Source of the DNA: Phyllosticta citribraziliensis
Lineage: Eukaryota
Assembly: GCF_038025025.1 (NCBI RefSeq)
Contig: NW_027117340.1
Location: 1,302,001-1,366,000 of the forward strand
Direction of reading: 5' to 3'
DNA length: 64,000 bases
This document shows positions 34,208-48,171 of this stretch, piece by piece; the first letter of the stretch is position 1; each line of letters begins with the position of its first letter. The notes under the pieces are model-generated. The model saw only the letters and a program-made list of their open reading frames with translations, was not told the origin of the DNA and made no database searches. The translations under genes and the position numbers were made by a program.

Positions 34208-37200
34208 ATGTCTCACGAAGAGACCGCCCAAGCGCTCGTCGCTGTCCTCTCCAACCTCGCAAAGCAATATGATCCCGCAGGAGACAGGTCGTTTCCCGGC
34301 CAAGTCGCCGCCAACGGTGGCAGGTCATCCACCGTGACTCTGCCCGGCCCGGACACCGAAACCAAAAAGTCGCTCGAGCGCGAAATCAACGCCCTCGCCT
34401 CGCGAATCCATTTCCTCGAAGCAAAGGCCAAGACGGTGAACAACAGCGCTTTGCCCATCACTCCCGGCGAACCCTCTCTCTACTCCCCCTTCCCAGGCGA
34501 CAGCCAACAACTGCAGGCTCCCCGAACCGGCCCCGCCAGCGGTAGGGACAGGCAGGCGTCATGGGTCACCAACTGGCTCGCATCAAAGGACACGCCCGGC
34601 GAGCGCCCGGTGCCCGCGGCGCAGCTCACCGAGGACCAGCTCAGCTATCTGCGCGACCACTTGAACAAGCAGGCCGAGCAGATTCAGAGCCAACGCGAAC
34701 ACATTGACAGCCTGAGCGCCGAGGTCACCCGGCAGCTCCGGGACCAGGACAAGGCATTTGGACACGGCATCGAGGACATTGGCGCTCTGAAGCGAGAACT
34801 GCAAAAACACCAGCAGGCCAACTTGGCTTTCCAAAAGGCGCTGCGTGAAATTGGTAGCATTGTGACTGCTGTGGCGCATGGCGACCTCAGCAAAAAGGTT
34901 CTCATTCACGCTAAGGAAATGGACCCTGAGATTACGACCTTCAAACGCACCATCAACACCATGGTCGATCAACTCCAGGATTTTGCTTCTCAAGTCACGA
35001 ATCTCGCAAAGGAAGTCGGGACCGAAGGTCGCTTGGGCGGCCAAGCCGTTCTGACTGGCGTCGACGGTATCTGGGCTGAATTAACCAACTCGGGTAGGCC
35101 CACGTGAACCCTAAAACACAACTAGCGGATGCGCTGATCAATGTTCTAGTCAACGACATGGCCCGAAACCTGACGGAACAGGTGCGAGAAATCGCTGTAG
35201 TCACAACTGCTGTCGCACACGGTGACCTTAGCCGGAAGATTGAACGACCGGCTAGGGGAGAGATACTTCAACTTCAGGAGACCATCAACACCATGGTGGA
35301 CCAACTCCGTTCATTTGCATCTGAAGTCACACGGGTCGCTCGCGACGTCGGTGTCGAAGGTATTCTTGGTGGTCAAGCGCGGATCGAAGGCGTCCAGGGC
35401 ATGTGGAACGACTTGACCATCAACGTCAACGCCATGGCCTTAAATCTCACAACCCAAGTGCGCGACATTGCTCAAGTCACAACAGCCGTCGCCCAGGGTA
35501 ATCTCACGCGCAAGGTCTCGGCAGAGTGCAAGGGCGAAATTGCAGAACTGAAAAACACCATCAACTCCATGGTTGACCAACTGCAGCAATTTGCGCACGA
35601 AGTCACAAAAATTGCTAGAGAGGTCGGTACCGAAGGTCGCCTTGGTGGCCAGGCCAGAGTCCATGGCGTCGAGGGAACCTGGAAAGACCTGACCGAAAAC
35701 GTCAACGGCATGGCCGACAATCTAACCACACAAGTGCGAGAGATTGCAGAAGTCACAACGGCGGTCGCCCGGGGAGATTTGAGCAAAAAGGTCAAAGCAG
35801 AGGTCAGGGGTGAAATCTTGGCCCTCAAGATCACAATCAACACCATGGTTGACCGCCTGAATGATTTTGCATACCAAGTCAGCAAGGTGGCTAGAGAAGT
35901 CGGTACCGATGGAAAACTTGGAGGTCAGGCAGAGGTCGAGAATGTCGAGGGCAAGTGGAAGGACCTTACGGACAACGTCAACACGATGGCGCAAAACCTC
36001 ACTCTTCAAGTGCGAAGTATATCGGACGTCACCAGCGCTCTTTCGCGTGGCGACCTGACGCGCCGCGTCCACGTTGATGCCGAGGGAGAGATACGCCTGC
36101 TCAAGGACACGATCAACGACATGGTTGCCCGACTTGACGAATGGTCTCTTGCCGTGAAACGCGTCGCCAGGGACGTCGGAGTGGACGGCAAGATGGGTGG
36201 TCAGGCCGAGGTCGAAGGCATTACCGGGCGTTGGAAAGAAATCACCACCGACGTCAATACCATGGCCCAAAATTTGACGTCTCAAGTGAGGGCCTTTGGC
36301 GACATCACTCAAGCCGCCACGGACGGAAAGTTTACCCAAATCACAGTGGAAGCTGCGGGTGAGATGGATGAGCTGAAACGCAAGATCAACAAAATGGTTT
36401 CCAGCTTAAGGGAGAGTATCCAGAGAAACACGGCGGCAAGGGAGGCTGCCGAACTTGCAAACAAGACCAAGTCCGAATTCCTGGCCAACATGTCCCACGA
36501 AATTAGGACACCGATGAACGGCATCATTGGAATGACGCAGCTCACTCTCGACACTGATCTCACTCACTCGCAGCGCGAGATGCTTACAATTGTTCACAAC
36601 CTGGCTGGCCAGCTCTTGACGATTATCGATGATATTCTCGATATTTCCAAGATCGAAGCGAACCGCATGGTTATGGAGGAAATACCATTCTCGCTACGTG
36701 GAACGATTTTCAACGCTCTCAAGTCTTTGTCTTCGCGCGCAAACGAGAGAAAGCTCAACCTGGCCTACCAGGTCGACAGCTCTGTCCCAGATTATGTCAT
36801 AGGAGACTCGTTCAGGCTGAGGCAGATCATTCTCAACCTTGTTGGCAACGCCATCAAATTCACCGAGCACGGAGAGGTCAAGGTTGCTATTTCTATGGCA
36901 CCGAACCAGGCGTGCGCGCCTGACCAGTACGTGTTCCAGTTTGCCGTCTCGGATACTGGCATTGGTATTCACGGCGACAAGCTGAACCTCATTTTCGACA
37001 CGTTCCAGCAAGCCGATGGATCAACGACCAGGAAGTTTGGCGGCACAGGTCTCGGTCTGTCCATTTCCAAGCGCCTCGTCACTCTCATGGGTGGAAGGAT
37101 GTGGGTTGAGTCTGAGTACGGCTGTGGAAGTACCTTTTACTTTACTTGCAGGGTCCGTCTCGGAAACCCCGACATCAGCGCCATTCAGCCGCAGTTGTCA

Positions 37201-38332
37201 CCATACAGCAAGCACACGGTGCTCTTCATTGATCAGGGCAAGACTGGCTATGGCGATGACATCGTCAGCCACCTCAAGGCGCTTGACCTGGTCCCGCATG
37301 TCATCCACACAGACGAGACTACGCCGCTGTCAGAAATTCCGAGCCCGAGCAAGCATGCGTACGACTGCGTCATTGTCGACTGCAACATGACGGCGCGTCG
37401 GTTGCGGGTTGAGGAGCGCTTCAAGTATATTCCTCTTGTAATGGTCACGCCTAGGGTGGCTATCAGTCTCAAGTCGGCGCTTGAGGATGGCATTTCCAGC
37501 TTCATCACGACCCCATGTCTGCCCATCGACCTGGGCAATGCCTTGATCCCGGCCCTCGACGGTCGTGCTGCACCCCTCATATCGAACCAGTCCAAGTCGT
37601 TCAACATTCTCTTGGCCGAGGATAACCAGGTCAACCAGCGCCTCGCCGTCAAGATTCTACACAAGTACAACCACAATGTCACAGTTGCCGAGAACGGTCT
37701 CGAGGCTCTCGAGAATATCAAGAAGACAAAGTATGACGTGGTATTGATGGATGTCCAGATGCCGGTCATGGGAGGATTTGAAGCGACGGCCAAGATTCGA
37801 GAGTACGAGCGTGAGCACCACCTGACGCCAACGCCGGTGATTGCGCTCACGGCGCATGCAATGGTGGGCGACCGGGAGAAGTGTCTCCAGGCGCAGATGG
37901 ACGTAAGTAAAAATGACAGACGGTTGTGCGACTTTGCTAATAGAATACAGGACTACTTGTCCAAGCCGCTGAAGCAGAACCAGCTCATTCAAACTATTCT
38001 GCGGTGCGCAACCCTGGGTGGTGCGCTGCTTGAGCAGGACCGGCAGCGGATGGCTCTCGCGCAGAGCGAAAAGGATAAGGATAAACAGGAGAAGCAGAAT
38101 CAGAGGGGAGGCAACCGGGGGTCTCAGAATACATCAGGAGGTACGCGCAGGCCACAGATTGATGCAAGAGGCTACACCGAGACGACTGTTGCGGGTTCGC
38201 AGAGCCCCAAGCTGCTGGCGGCAGATCAGCAGGACCAAGCAGACCGAGTAAGTTGCCTTTACCACAAGGTCTAATTAGACTCGTTGCGCTGACATCACCC
38301 CGCAGCTCTTGCTTCGATCGCACAGCAGCTGA
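34208..38332 (+). CDS. NIK1: Group III two-component hybrid histidine kinase (Nik1/Os-1), 1320 aa
   Basis: Exons 34208-35093, 35150-37902, 37951-38247, 38306-38332 (3963 nt). Five full HAMP-linker repeats (xG.LGGQA...G.W) plus a truncated sixth, H-box [18 protein letters not shown] boxes (NAIKFT, DTGIG, GGTGLGL), receiver LLAEDN...VLMDVQMP...SKP. Confidence 0.96.
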
Positions 38333-41300
38333 TGACCGCTTAAAGTCTTCATCTCACGAAGAAAGCACGTCAAGGTTATTCAGTCACGCTGACGTTTGCT
38401 CTGGGGCTCTAGGCGACCACGAAGGCGACGAACCGAAGTAGCGCCCCGGACGTCATTCGAGAGTGGTGCGTCTTGCGACGAGGACGCGGCCAGTAGCGTG
38501 CGAGGAGGGGAAAAGGAGCAAGATCGCTGATGAGGAGCGTGGGCGGAGCGGCTGCGGTGAAATCTTCGGCCCTTTCTGAGACACTCGACGCCTACCCACG
38601 ACATCGTCGCGAATCTGGGGCAGCAACGCGCGATAAGCAGCCAACCACCCAACCGCGCTGTTGCGCCCAAGTGCGGGCACTGTACTCGCGACCAGGCGTG
38701 CAGTCTACTGTAATCGTCTGGTAACCTTTTGCCATCATCGTCATCATACTCAAATCTTAGTTGTACTTACCTACCTACTTTTTCTCGATCGGTTGCCGCC
38801 TCCATCCACCCCACCAGTATCCAACGACTCCCACCTCATCTCGCCTCGTTTCGGGTCCCGAATGCAGCAGCCACGCACATCGTCGACAGCCACAAGAAAA
38901 AACTGCCGTGTTGGCACGCGCAGCCATCATCGCCGGCCATCTGCCCGTGTCGACCAGCGCAAACATGATTGAGCAGCAGGCTGAGGAGTGCATGTGGGGC
39001 GCTGTCTATTTCCTTTTTACAATTCCTTGTCTCTTCTTATCCTTCTCCTTTTGGTCCTGTCTACCCCGATTGGCGTTTTCATGATCGTTATTACTTGAAG
39101 GTGTACAAATTATCCGCGCTCGCGATGCGCAGCACAGCCGTGTCGCCGTCGTCGCCGTCGCCATCGTCCATCGGTAGTTGGCTGGGGTCAAGGTGTATCA
39201 TTTGGGTTCAACAGGCGGAGAAGTGAGCAGGCAGGTATCAGCAGCACGCACCAAGGGTCGCCGGTTTGGTCTTGTGGGCTTTTTGGGGCAAGGCGCCATT
39301 TCATTTCCCATTTTCTCTTGGGGATTCTTTCGGAATCATTACTCCTACAGTTGGTTACACTTTTTCTTCCTCTTGGGGCGCTCGTGGAGCGAAGCGATGC
39401 ACAGCAGAGCGAAGCGAAACCACCGTTTTTCTTTCTCATTCGAGCATGGTGTACCTGCTGCTGCCTACATCTCTTTTCCCTCCTGTTCGATCTTGCTTTG
39501 TCTTGTGATCTGCATGTGCCTCGCGTTTCTCGTGCCGTTGAAACTCTTCTCCTCGATGCTGGTCCTGGTTGATTGAGAATCACCGACTTGATGGATTACG
39601 ATTGCCACGACTTTCGATCGCGCGGACGTTGGAGCCATTGTCCTGCTTAACCTCCCTTCGTGGTCGAGGAATATTTTGCGTTTGCTTACGAGGGCTACAA
39701 ATTTTCGAATACACCATCTTCTCGACCCGGACCCCATTCGCGCAAAAAGACAACCTTGCTTCCTCGCGCCGGCGTGTTCAAGGGGCAATTTTTTCAGACT
39801 CGGACGGCATGGCGGAGGGAGAAGAGCTCTCGGGTGGCTGCCGCGTGCCGGCCGAGGAACGGACACGGAGACCACGCACCGGCATCGAACGGGCCAGGCA
39901 AGCAAGCGCGCGAGCACACATAGCGACGTGGAGCAAGGGAGAGATGACGGGTCAGCTGGGGACAAAGAGAGAATGTGGGGTCACGAGACGAGGCGGCGGG
40001 GCGTTGCCGTCGCTGAATTCTGGATCTGTCATACCTTGCCTGCTTGTGCATGGATGCACGACGATCTAGGGAGCTCCCGCGCGCACCAAGGCCAGAATAG
40101 AAATGTGTGGTGCGCTGCTGCTGCTGCTGCTGCTGCGTGTTTGGTGTTGCCCGCCGCAGCAGCGAGCGTGCGAGTTGTGTGAGAAGCCTGCGGCCATCTC
40201 GTCTTTGATGCCTGACAATCGCTTCTTTCTGCCCACCCGAACAGACAGCTGTGTGGAAGACGGACGAGGCTGGAGAAAGTGTTTGCTGCCATGGCCAAAT
40301 TGCATGAGTGGTGATTCGGAGGTCCCGTCATGTGAGCCGCACACAAGGGGGAGAATCCAACGGCCGGCCAGGGGGCAAACACTACATGTATGCATGTATC
40401 AAGGATGATGTGGACGGGAAGGTGCAGAGAGAGAGGGGAGTGCTGTAGGCATTGATTTTGTGCCGCAGCATGGCTTTAGTGTTGTACACACTGCGCAAAT
40501 CACATTGAACGGCGCATGGCCAGCAGCGACTAAGCTTTGTCTTTTGAGTCACTCGGTTGATTTAGAGAGGGCCGTAGCCGGGCGTGTCCAGAAGTGTTGG
40601 CGTAGGCATCGTTACGGGAGATGGACGGCGGCCCGGGGTCATGGTAGAAATGTTTGTAGGTAAGGCAGAGATGGTCGATCTTTTTTAGATCATCCGCCCT
40701 TGCATGTGTGCCGTTCATTGTGAGGATGGCCGTTGAATTTAGCCCCCCATGAGCCGTGGCTTTCATGAGGGTGTTAGCCACGGTCGCCGACCAGGAAGAG
40801 GTCGAAGATATAGGTGTTTCTTCTCCATTTGCTGGCGGATCGCATTTAGGCAGAGGAAAGAACGGCCGCTGCTCTGGCTGGACCTGGAGGTGGTTGTGCG
40901 ACTGTGGCGTCATCTGGCTTGTCTGAGGCCGCCTCGAACACCATTTCCTCACCCACGGCTCCGTCAGCCTTCCACCACCACCTCCGCCACCCCTCCCCCT
41001 TCTCTCCTCTCCATTTCGTCTACCACTGTCGCCGTGCATCCAGCTGGATCCTGACGGTCGAGACGCCTGCGCACTGCACCCTCAACCTCGACCACTTTCA
41101 CAGGCAGAGCTACTCTGCATGTACCCTGCTGCTGGGCCAAACGCGAACACGTGAATGCGCGCTCCTCGCGCCCAAGCCAACTTCAAGCCCTACCGCTCCG
41201 GCATCGTACCAGGACCTGCCGTCGCATTGCGCTCGACGGCCGGCCCACCTCCACCTCCACCTCCAGTCGCTCACTTTGGCTTGCGCGTGTAACCACGACT

Positions 41301-41513
41301 CGACCAGACCTTATCGTTTGGCCCTGCTCATTGGTTTGCCCGACTTACCCACTCGCTACATACCTACTTCACCCACTACGCTCCACAGCGTCGACTGCGC
41401 GGCGCTGCACATCTACCTGTGACACGAAGCCCTTCCTTGCGCCCAGCGCTCTGCGCAACCTGCAACTCCACACCCGACCCCACACCACGCCGACCAGGTG
41501 AACCTCCCTCGTC

Positions 41514-44500
41514 ATGGAAAATCTTCCGCCAAATGCCACCATCGAGGAAATCGAAACTGAGATCGCCTTCCAAACGATCCTAATGGACACCTTGGACAAA
41601 CACTCGGACGAGTACCAAAGCGAAAAGAGAAAACGTGAACGGCAGCTTCATGATCTGAGGGATCTTCGACAACGCAAGCTCCACGAACCTCCACGTCCTG
41701 TCCAACCGCCCAGGCCTACCTCCTCCTCCATGTCTTCAACGCCTGGAGCATCCGGCTCCGCCTTTGGCCAAGCCAGCACACCAAATGGCCTCCCTCTTAC
41801 CCAGTACACCAACGGCCAGATCAACCAGAATGCTAGGGGGAGGGTACCAACACTCCCAAGCTCCGGCTCGCTGGGCAAACATGGTCGATCTGAAGACTCG
41901 CCGTTTGCAACATCGCCCAGTGCGGCCAACAAGTCAGCTCGCATGGGTCTAGGTACGGCGTCGGCTGGCGGACATGCCAGCTCTCCAGGCAGAACGGCTC
42001 CTGGGAGGATCCCGAGTGCATCGGCGACGCCGAACGGCTCGACGCACCATGTGAGTGGCATCAAGCAAACCAACGCTTTGCGGGTGCAACTTTACTAACA
42101 AGAACTTGCGAATAGGCGCGCTCGAATCCCAGTGGAGGCCCGCAAGGCTTCACGCCATCATCGCCGTACTCAAACACGCTGCAGACCCAGGCGCAGAACT
42201 TGTCTTTGCACAGCCGCAGTCCGATTCTGCCTCCGCCACACTTGCTCCCACACGATCCCCACTCGATCACGCGTGGCCACGCAACTCGCGGTTGGCATCC
42301 CCCTCGTGCGCCTCCCAGTTCTGTGCCGCGCCAGATTCCTACTTCTACACCTGGCCCGGCGTCTCAAAGGCGCAACCAACAATTGCCCGGCTTTTCACAA
42401 GTTGTCTCGTCGGCTACACGGCCCGTAGAGGTCATTGAATTAAGTTCGGATAGCGATGATTCGGAACCAGAGACATTGAGGAACGGTATGTCAACCCCTA
42501 ATGCTCAACATAAGGGCTCCAAAAATGACGACAAAGGCAAAGGCGCCTTCACGCGCCGCTTCAACGACAATGGTTTCTTGAACGCAAGGAATCCAAGTTT
42601 CTCGGCCAACCGCCCTGCCCTTGGTAGCAGCACCCCGTCTGGCGTAAGGATGTACAATGAGCTTCATTCTAGGCCATCACTGGGTTATCCCACTGGCGCC
42701 TTTGCAGGAGACGGGCTCGCCAGCAACTCTGCCACGCCTCCTGGAATGATTCCTCGTATGCCCGGTGCTTATCCCACCGACTTGCCCACCGAGATGGACT
42801 CGTGGGACCACCCTCACTACGGTCGCCAGGGGGCTTCGGAAGAGGACATCACTGGTCTTTTGAACAACGTCCGAGACGCCGGCGATGATCTTCCCAAGGA
42901 CCAGCGTCCACCGACGCCCGAAGCTCTGGTTCACCCGCTGCTGGAACATCAAAAGATTGGTCTTCACTGGTTGAAGAAAATGGAGGCTAGCACAACCAAG
43001 GGAGGCATTTTAGCCGACGACATGGGTCTTGGCAAGACTCTCCAGGCTTTGGCTCTCGTCGTTGAGCGGCCGTCGAGGGACCCCCAAAGAAAGACGACTT
43101 TAATCATTGCTCCGGTCGCCTTGATGTATCAATGGGCATTGGAGATCAAGACAAAGATCAAGACTGGCCCCCACGCCCTCAAAGTCATGATCTATCACGG
43201 AACTGGCAAAAACAAAAAGACGTTTAAGCAGCTGTCAGAGAATGACATTGTGCTGACGTCCTTTGGTACCGTTGCATCCGAGTGGGGCAAAAAGTCTGAT
43301 GTCCGCAAGCTCGATTATGATTCCGACGGTAGAGCCCAGGCGACTTACTATACGACTGCACTTTTTGGGCGCGAGGCCCACTGGCACAGAATCATTCTTG
43401 ATGAGGCCCAAAATATCAAGAACAAAGAAACCAAGACCTCCAAGGCAGTCAACGAACTGAATGCGACCTACCGCTTGTGCATGACAGGTACTCCTATGAT
43501 GAACCGCGTCGATGAGCTCTACCCAATGCTTCGGTTTCTCAAGACGCCCAGCTATGAGGAATGGTCAGTCTTCAAGAATGATATCAAGACGCCCCTTGAA
43601 AGCGACAAGGAAAGGGGGATCCAGAAACTTCGCACTCTACTCAAGGCTACCCTGCTTCGTCGCAACAAAGACTCCATCGTCGACGGCCGACCCATTCTTG
43701 AGCTTCCTCCAAAAACTATCAGTTTTGAAAATGTCGAATTCGACGAGGACCAGAGGGAGTTTTACAACGCCATCGAACACCGTACGCAGTTGAGGTTCAA
43801 CAAGTATCTGCGCGAGGGAACCGTGGGCACCCAGTACACCCAGATTCTCGTCTTGCTCTTGCGTCTTCGCCAGGCCTGTTGTCATCCAAACCTCATCAGG
43901 GACTTTGCGGAAAAGATTCCCACCGATCTGAACAACAACGACTTGTCAGAATTCGCCGAGAAGCTCTGTCCCGATGTCGTCAGGCGCATCAAGGAGGAGA
44001 ATGGCGCATTCAGCTGTCCCATTTGCCTCGATGGCACGGCCAACCCCGCCATCTTTTTTCCTTGCGGTCACACAGCCTGTTCAGAGTGCTTTGCCACCCT
44101 CACAGAACCTGCACGAGCGCAGGCAGCCGACGGCCTCAGGTGTCCAGAGTGCCGCGGCAACATCAACGCCAAAGAAATCACTGATTACAATGCTTTCAAA
44201 AAGGTTCATCAGCCCGACTTGGACCAAAACGCTGAGTTGAACGAGTTGCTGGGTCAAGGATCGGACGAGGACAGCGACTCGGACGAGGATGAGGATGAAG
44301 AAGAGGGCGAAAGCTCCTCTGGCTCAAAGGGCAAGGGCAAAGCGATGCCGAAACAGACGCTCAACGAGCTCCGCAAGAACGCCAACCGCAACAAGGAGGC
44401 GAAAAAGAAGTACTTCAACCGTCTTGCCAAAAAATGGGTCAGCAGCTCCAAAATCGACCGCACCATGGAGCTGCTCCGTGATATCCGAGCAAATGACCAA

Positions 44501-44980
44501 AGCGAGAAGACGCTCATCTTCTCGCAATTCACAGGCTTGTTGGACCTTCTAGAACTGGCTATCACGCGCGAAGACATTGGCTCCGTGCGCTATGATGGTG
44601 GCATGTCAGCGAAGACCCGTGATGAATCTGTCCAGAAATTCACGACCAATCCCGACACCAAAGTCATGCTAGTCTCTCTGAAGGCCGGAAACTCGGGTCT
44701 CAATCTTGTTGAGGCTTCACGGGTCATCATTCTCGACCCTTTTTGGAATCCGTACATCGAATACCAGGCCATTGACCGTGCACACCGCATCGGCCAGCGC
44801 CGGCCGGTTACAGTGCATCGCATCCTGGTGCCCGACACCGTGGAGGACCGAATCATGACGCTTCAGAAGCAGAAAGAGGAGCTCATCACAGCCGCCCTGG
44901 ATGAGGGCCAGATGAAGAACGTGGGCCGCTTGAACGACCAGGAGCTGAGGTACTTGTTTGGCCTCGGTGGTCGCCGCTAA
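41514..44980 (+). CDS. SNF2-family ATPase with RING finger (Rad5/16 group; Uls1/Ris1/Rrp1-2-like), 1133 aa
   Basis: Exons 41514-42050 and 42116-44980. GGILADDMGLGKT, IILDEAQ, MTGTP, RING CPIC...CGHTAC..C...CPEC, QAIDRAHRIGQ, and a SIM-like VEVIELSSDSDD. Confidence 0.9.
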
Positions 44981-46404
44981 GCTGGGTCACCAGAAAATGC
45001 GTGCCGGCCCGGCAGCTTTGAGTGGTGGTATGATTTCCTTATTCCCTTTCCTTTGACTCTGCTTCCTTCCCTTGCATTACGAATAGATTTCCCAACACAC
45101 CCACGCTCTTGATGCGCTTTCGATAGCGCTGCGTAGGGTCAACTCTTTCCTTGCGTCTATGGCTCATCGGCGGGACTTTCTTTTTTCTTAACAGGGCGCA
45201 ATGGCGGTTGCTTACGACACTCGATTCGGTTTGCTTCATCATATTCCCAAAAGGCAGGTGGGCGGGTTTCTCGGACGGACGGTTCTCTACGTAATGGCAT
45301 GATGCAGCAAAGGATGGGACTGGATAGGTTACAGGAAAATGATGGGCTTGGCTTCTCAATTTGCAAGTGGATGGATCAATCACCAGTGTGCTGCAGAAAG
45401 ATTTACCCTTCTACCCAATCAGCTTGATACCCTGAGTGTGATTGTCACATGTACATGTTTTGGGATTGTTTCTTCAGACTGTTCGACTTCGATGGTCTTG
45501 TTTTGCGCGTTCTGTTGCCTCCTCCTGAATTTTGGCCCGTCTGCTGCGTATTTTATCCTATTCTCGTCAGTTGGGAGTGGTCTGTCCAGATCAACGCCTG
45601 ATCCGAACGTGTCCTGTGCCGAAATTTAGAGAGAAAGGGTTGCGTCTGGCGCGTTTTGATATCCATCGGATGAGGGAAAAGACAGTTACAGGGAAAGATA
45701 GACTTGGCATCTTCGCAAAGGGTCCCGCACAAGCTGCGGACAAGACGGCGTTGGTGCAGTCCCTGTTTTCTGGCGGTTGATTTGCCGGCTGGAGTGGTAG
45801 AGTTGTGAGACGGCCGCATGTGACTGTGGAAATGTCCTCCGTAGATTTTTGGTTGACATAGACCCTGGCTTTCACGGCCTGCTAATGGACTCTTGGATAT
45901 TAAGAACCTGTCCCGAAATACATACGTGCGGATTTGGTGGTTGGGCGGGTAGCTGCTGCGTGGCGCGCTAAGAATCCTACCGTGTCGCCGTGGGATTCGC
46001 GGCACCTTTTCGCCATGATGACCATTCCCAGGGCAACTAGTGACAGTTGAACCCTTTCTCGCGGAATCTCTGGTTCCAAGAGGGGTGCGACCGTGGTCGT
46101 GATGTTCAAGGGACGAGTGGCTGACTGCGGCGATCACGTGGGTTGAACCGTTGCCGTGCCGACGACCCAAACAAACTGCCGTAAGAAGCCTACATAACTC
46201 TCCCGAACCCCCCGCCTCCTCCTTCTTCTTTCTCTCCACCTCAAATCTTCAAAGTCTCCAAACATTCTCAAACCAAAACACAGACTTTCAAAAACCATTC
46301 TCAAATCTGCTCTCAAGCATCCTCTCAAACAGCGCTTACGCACATTCTACCTCCAAACAACTACAAAAACCAAAAAAACTTATCCGAGCCCCACCTCAAC
46401 CAAA

Positions 46405-48171
46405 ATGGCCTGCCCTCTGGTTATGAGCTCGCCTTCGACGCCCACTGGTATCAAGAAGTCATCACGCCTCCGGCATCAAGAGTCGCCTCAGACTCCGGTC
46501 CGCAAGCTGGTCTTGCAAAAAGAGAAAGACGAGTCAATCCACGTTCCGTCGCCTCTCGCCTCCAACCGTCAAGTCTCCAACTCTTCCAAGACCAACATCA
46601 GCCGCAACTCGCCAAAGCCCAAGAAGCTCGACTTGGGTCTTTCCGAGCTCACTCTCACCGGCTCTGGCAAACCGTCAACTTCTACAAACACCAAGAAAAC
46701 CAAGAAGGCCGCACCTACAACGGTCAAGTCTCGCCCTCAAAAATCAAACCTCCGCGTCCCTCGCAACCCCACCGACCGCTTCATTCCTCAACGTCTCACG
46801 ACAGAAGCAATCGAGAACGCAAACATCTCAAGGTCGTCGTATCGGAGCGAGCGCCCAACATCGTCGAGAGGCAACACCGCGGACGGTTCTTCCATCCTGG
46901 CATCAGCCGCAAACAACCTGAACATCTTCGGTCCCAACTCAGCAGACGAAGAACTCATCCAATCCTTTGGCCGCGTCAACATCCACGACGACGACGAAGA
47001 GGCACCCAAGAAGCATTCTCCGAGAACACTGGCCTACCAAGACTCGCTCGCTCAGGCCTGCGACATGAACATCGGCTCGCGCATACTCGAATTCAAGCCG
47101 GCGGCACCGCAATCAAACAAGCCGGTCGACCTGCGTGCCCAATACAACCGTCCTCTCAAGCCTGTCACCGGCCAACTTCGTCGCCGCATCGCCTCGGCAC
47201 CTGAACGGGTGCTCGACGCTCCAAGCATCGTCGACGACTACTACCTCAATCTTCTCGACTGGTCTGCTGGCAACCAAGTCGCCATTGCTCTCGAGCGCTC
47301 AGTCTACGTCTGGTCTGCGGACACGGGATCAGTCAACTCTCTCTTCGAGACTCCCGAGGACACCTACGTTACTTCCGTCAAGTGGAGCGGAGATGGCGCC
47401 TACATTTCTGCCGGCCTCGACAACGGCGAAGTCCAAATCTGGGACGTCGAGGAAGGCACCAAGCTCCGAAGCATGTTCGGCCACGAGGCACGCGTCGGTG
47501 TCATGGGCTGGAACAAACACATTCTTTCCACTGGTGACCGCACTGGTCTCATCGTCAACCACGACGTCCGCGTCGCCGACCACAACGTCGCCGAACTCGC
47601 CGGCCACACCCACGAAGTCTGCGGCCTTGAATGGCGCTCCGACGGCCAAATGCTCGCATCGGGTGGTAACGACAACTACGTCAACATCTGGGACGCCCGC
47701 CACCTGACCGAGCCCAAGCACACCAAGACCAACCACAACGCCGCGGTCAAGGCTCTCGCCTGGTGCCCCTGGCAACTCAACCTCCTCGCCACTGGCGGTG
47801 GCTCCAACGACAAGCACATCCACTTCTGGAACTCCACCACCGGAGCCCGCCTCAACTCAATCGACACGGGCAGCCAAGTCACCTCCCTGCGCTGGTCGAC
47901 CTCGTACAAGGAGATTGTCAGCACCGGCGGCTTTCCCAACAACGCCCTCTCCGTCTGGTCGTACCCATCGCTTGTCAAGAACATCGAAATCCCCGCCCAC
48001 GAGCAGCGCATCCTCTTCAGCTCGCTGAGCCCCGATGGCCAGACCCTCGCCACGGCCTCGGCCGACGAAAACCTCAAGTTCTGGAAGCTTTTCGAGAAAA
48101 AGGCTGGCGCGACCACCCTCACCTCGTCCAAGCCCAGCGCTCTGCGCGCACCCACGACCCAGATTCGTTAA
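46405..48171 (+). CDS. CDC20: APC/C activator Cdc20/Slp1 (WD40), 588 aa
   Basis: C-box DRFIPQR, RVLDAP..VDDYYLNLLDWS, WD40 repeats and a C-terminal IR tail; intronless. Confidence 0.95.
   Translation: MACPLVMSSPSTPTGIKKSSRLRHQESPQTPVRKLVLQKEKDESIHVPSPLASNRQVSNSSKTNISRNSPKPKKLDLGLSELTLTGSGKPSTSTNTKKTKKAAPTTVKSRPQKSNLRVPRNPTDRFIPQRLTTEAIENANISRSSYRSERPTSSRGNTADGSSILASAANNLNIFGPNSADEELIQSFGRVNIHDDDEEAPKKHSPRTLAYQDSLAQACDMNIGSRILEFKPAAPQSNKPVDLRAQYNRPLKPVTGQLRRRIASAPERVLDAPSIVDDYYLNLLDWSAGNQVAIALERSVYVWSADTGSVNSLFETPEDTYVTSVKWSGDGAYISAGLDNGEVQIWDVEEGTKLRSMFGHEARVGVMGWNKHILSTGDRTGLIVNHDVRVADHNVAELAGHTHEVCGLEWRSDGQMLASGGNDNYVNIWDARHLTEPKHTKTNHNAAVKALAWCPWQLNLLATGGGSNDKHIHFWNSTTGARLNSIDTGSQVTSLRWSTSYKEIVSTGGFPNNALSVWSYPSLVKNIEIPAHEQRILFSSLSPDGQTLATASADENLKFWKLFEKKAGATTLTSSKPSALRAPTTQIR

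Noticed and set aside
34820..36420. Tandem ~90-aa repeats in NIK1 as a novelty
   Set aside because: Five full plus one truncated HAMP-linker repeat is the standard group III histidine kinase architecture.
38400..41500. ORFs between NIK1 and the SNF2 gene
   Set aside because: The composition is UTR- or promoter-like with microsatellites, and there are no coding signatures.
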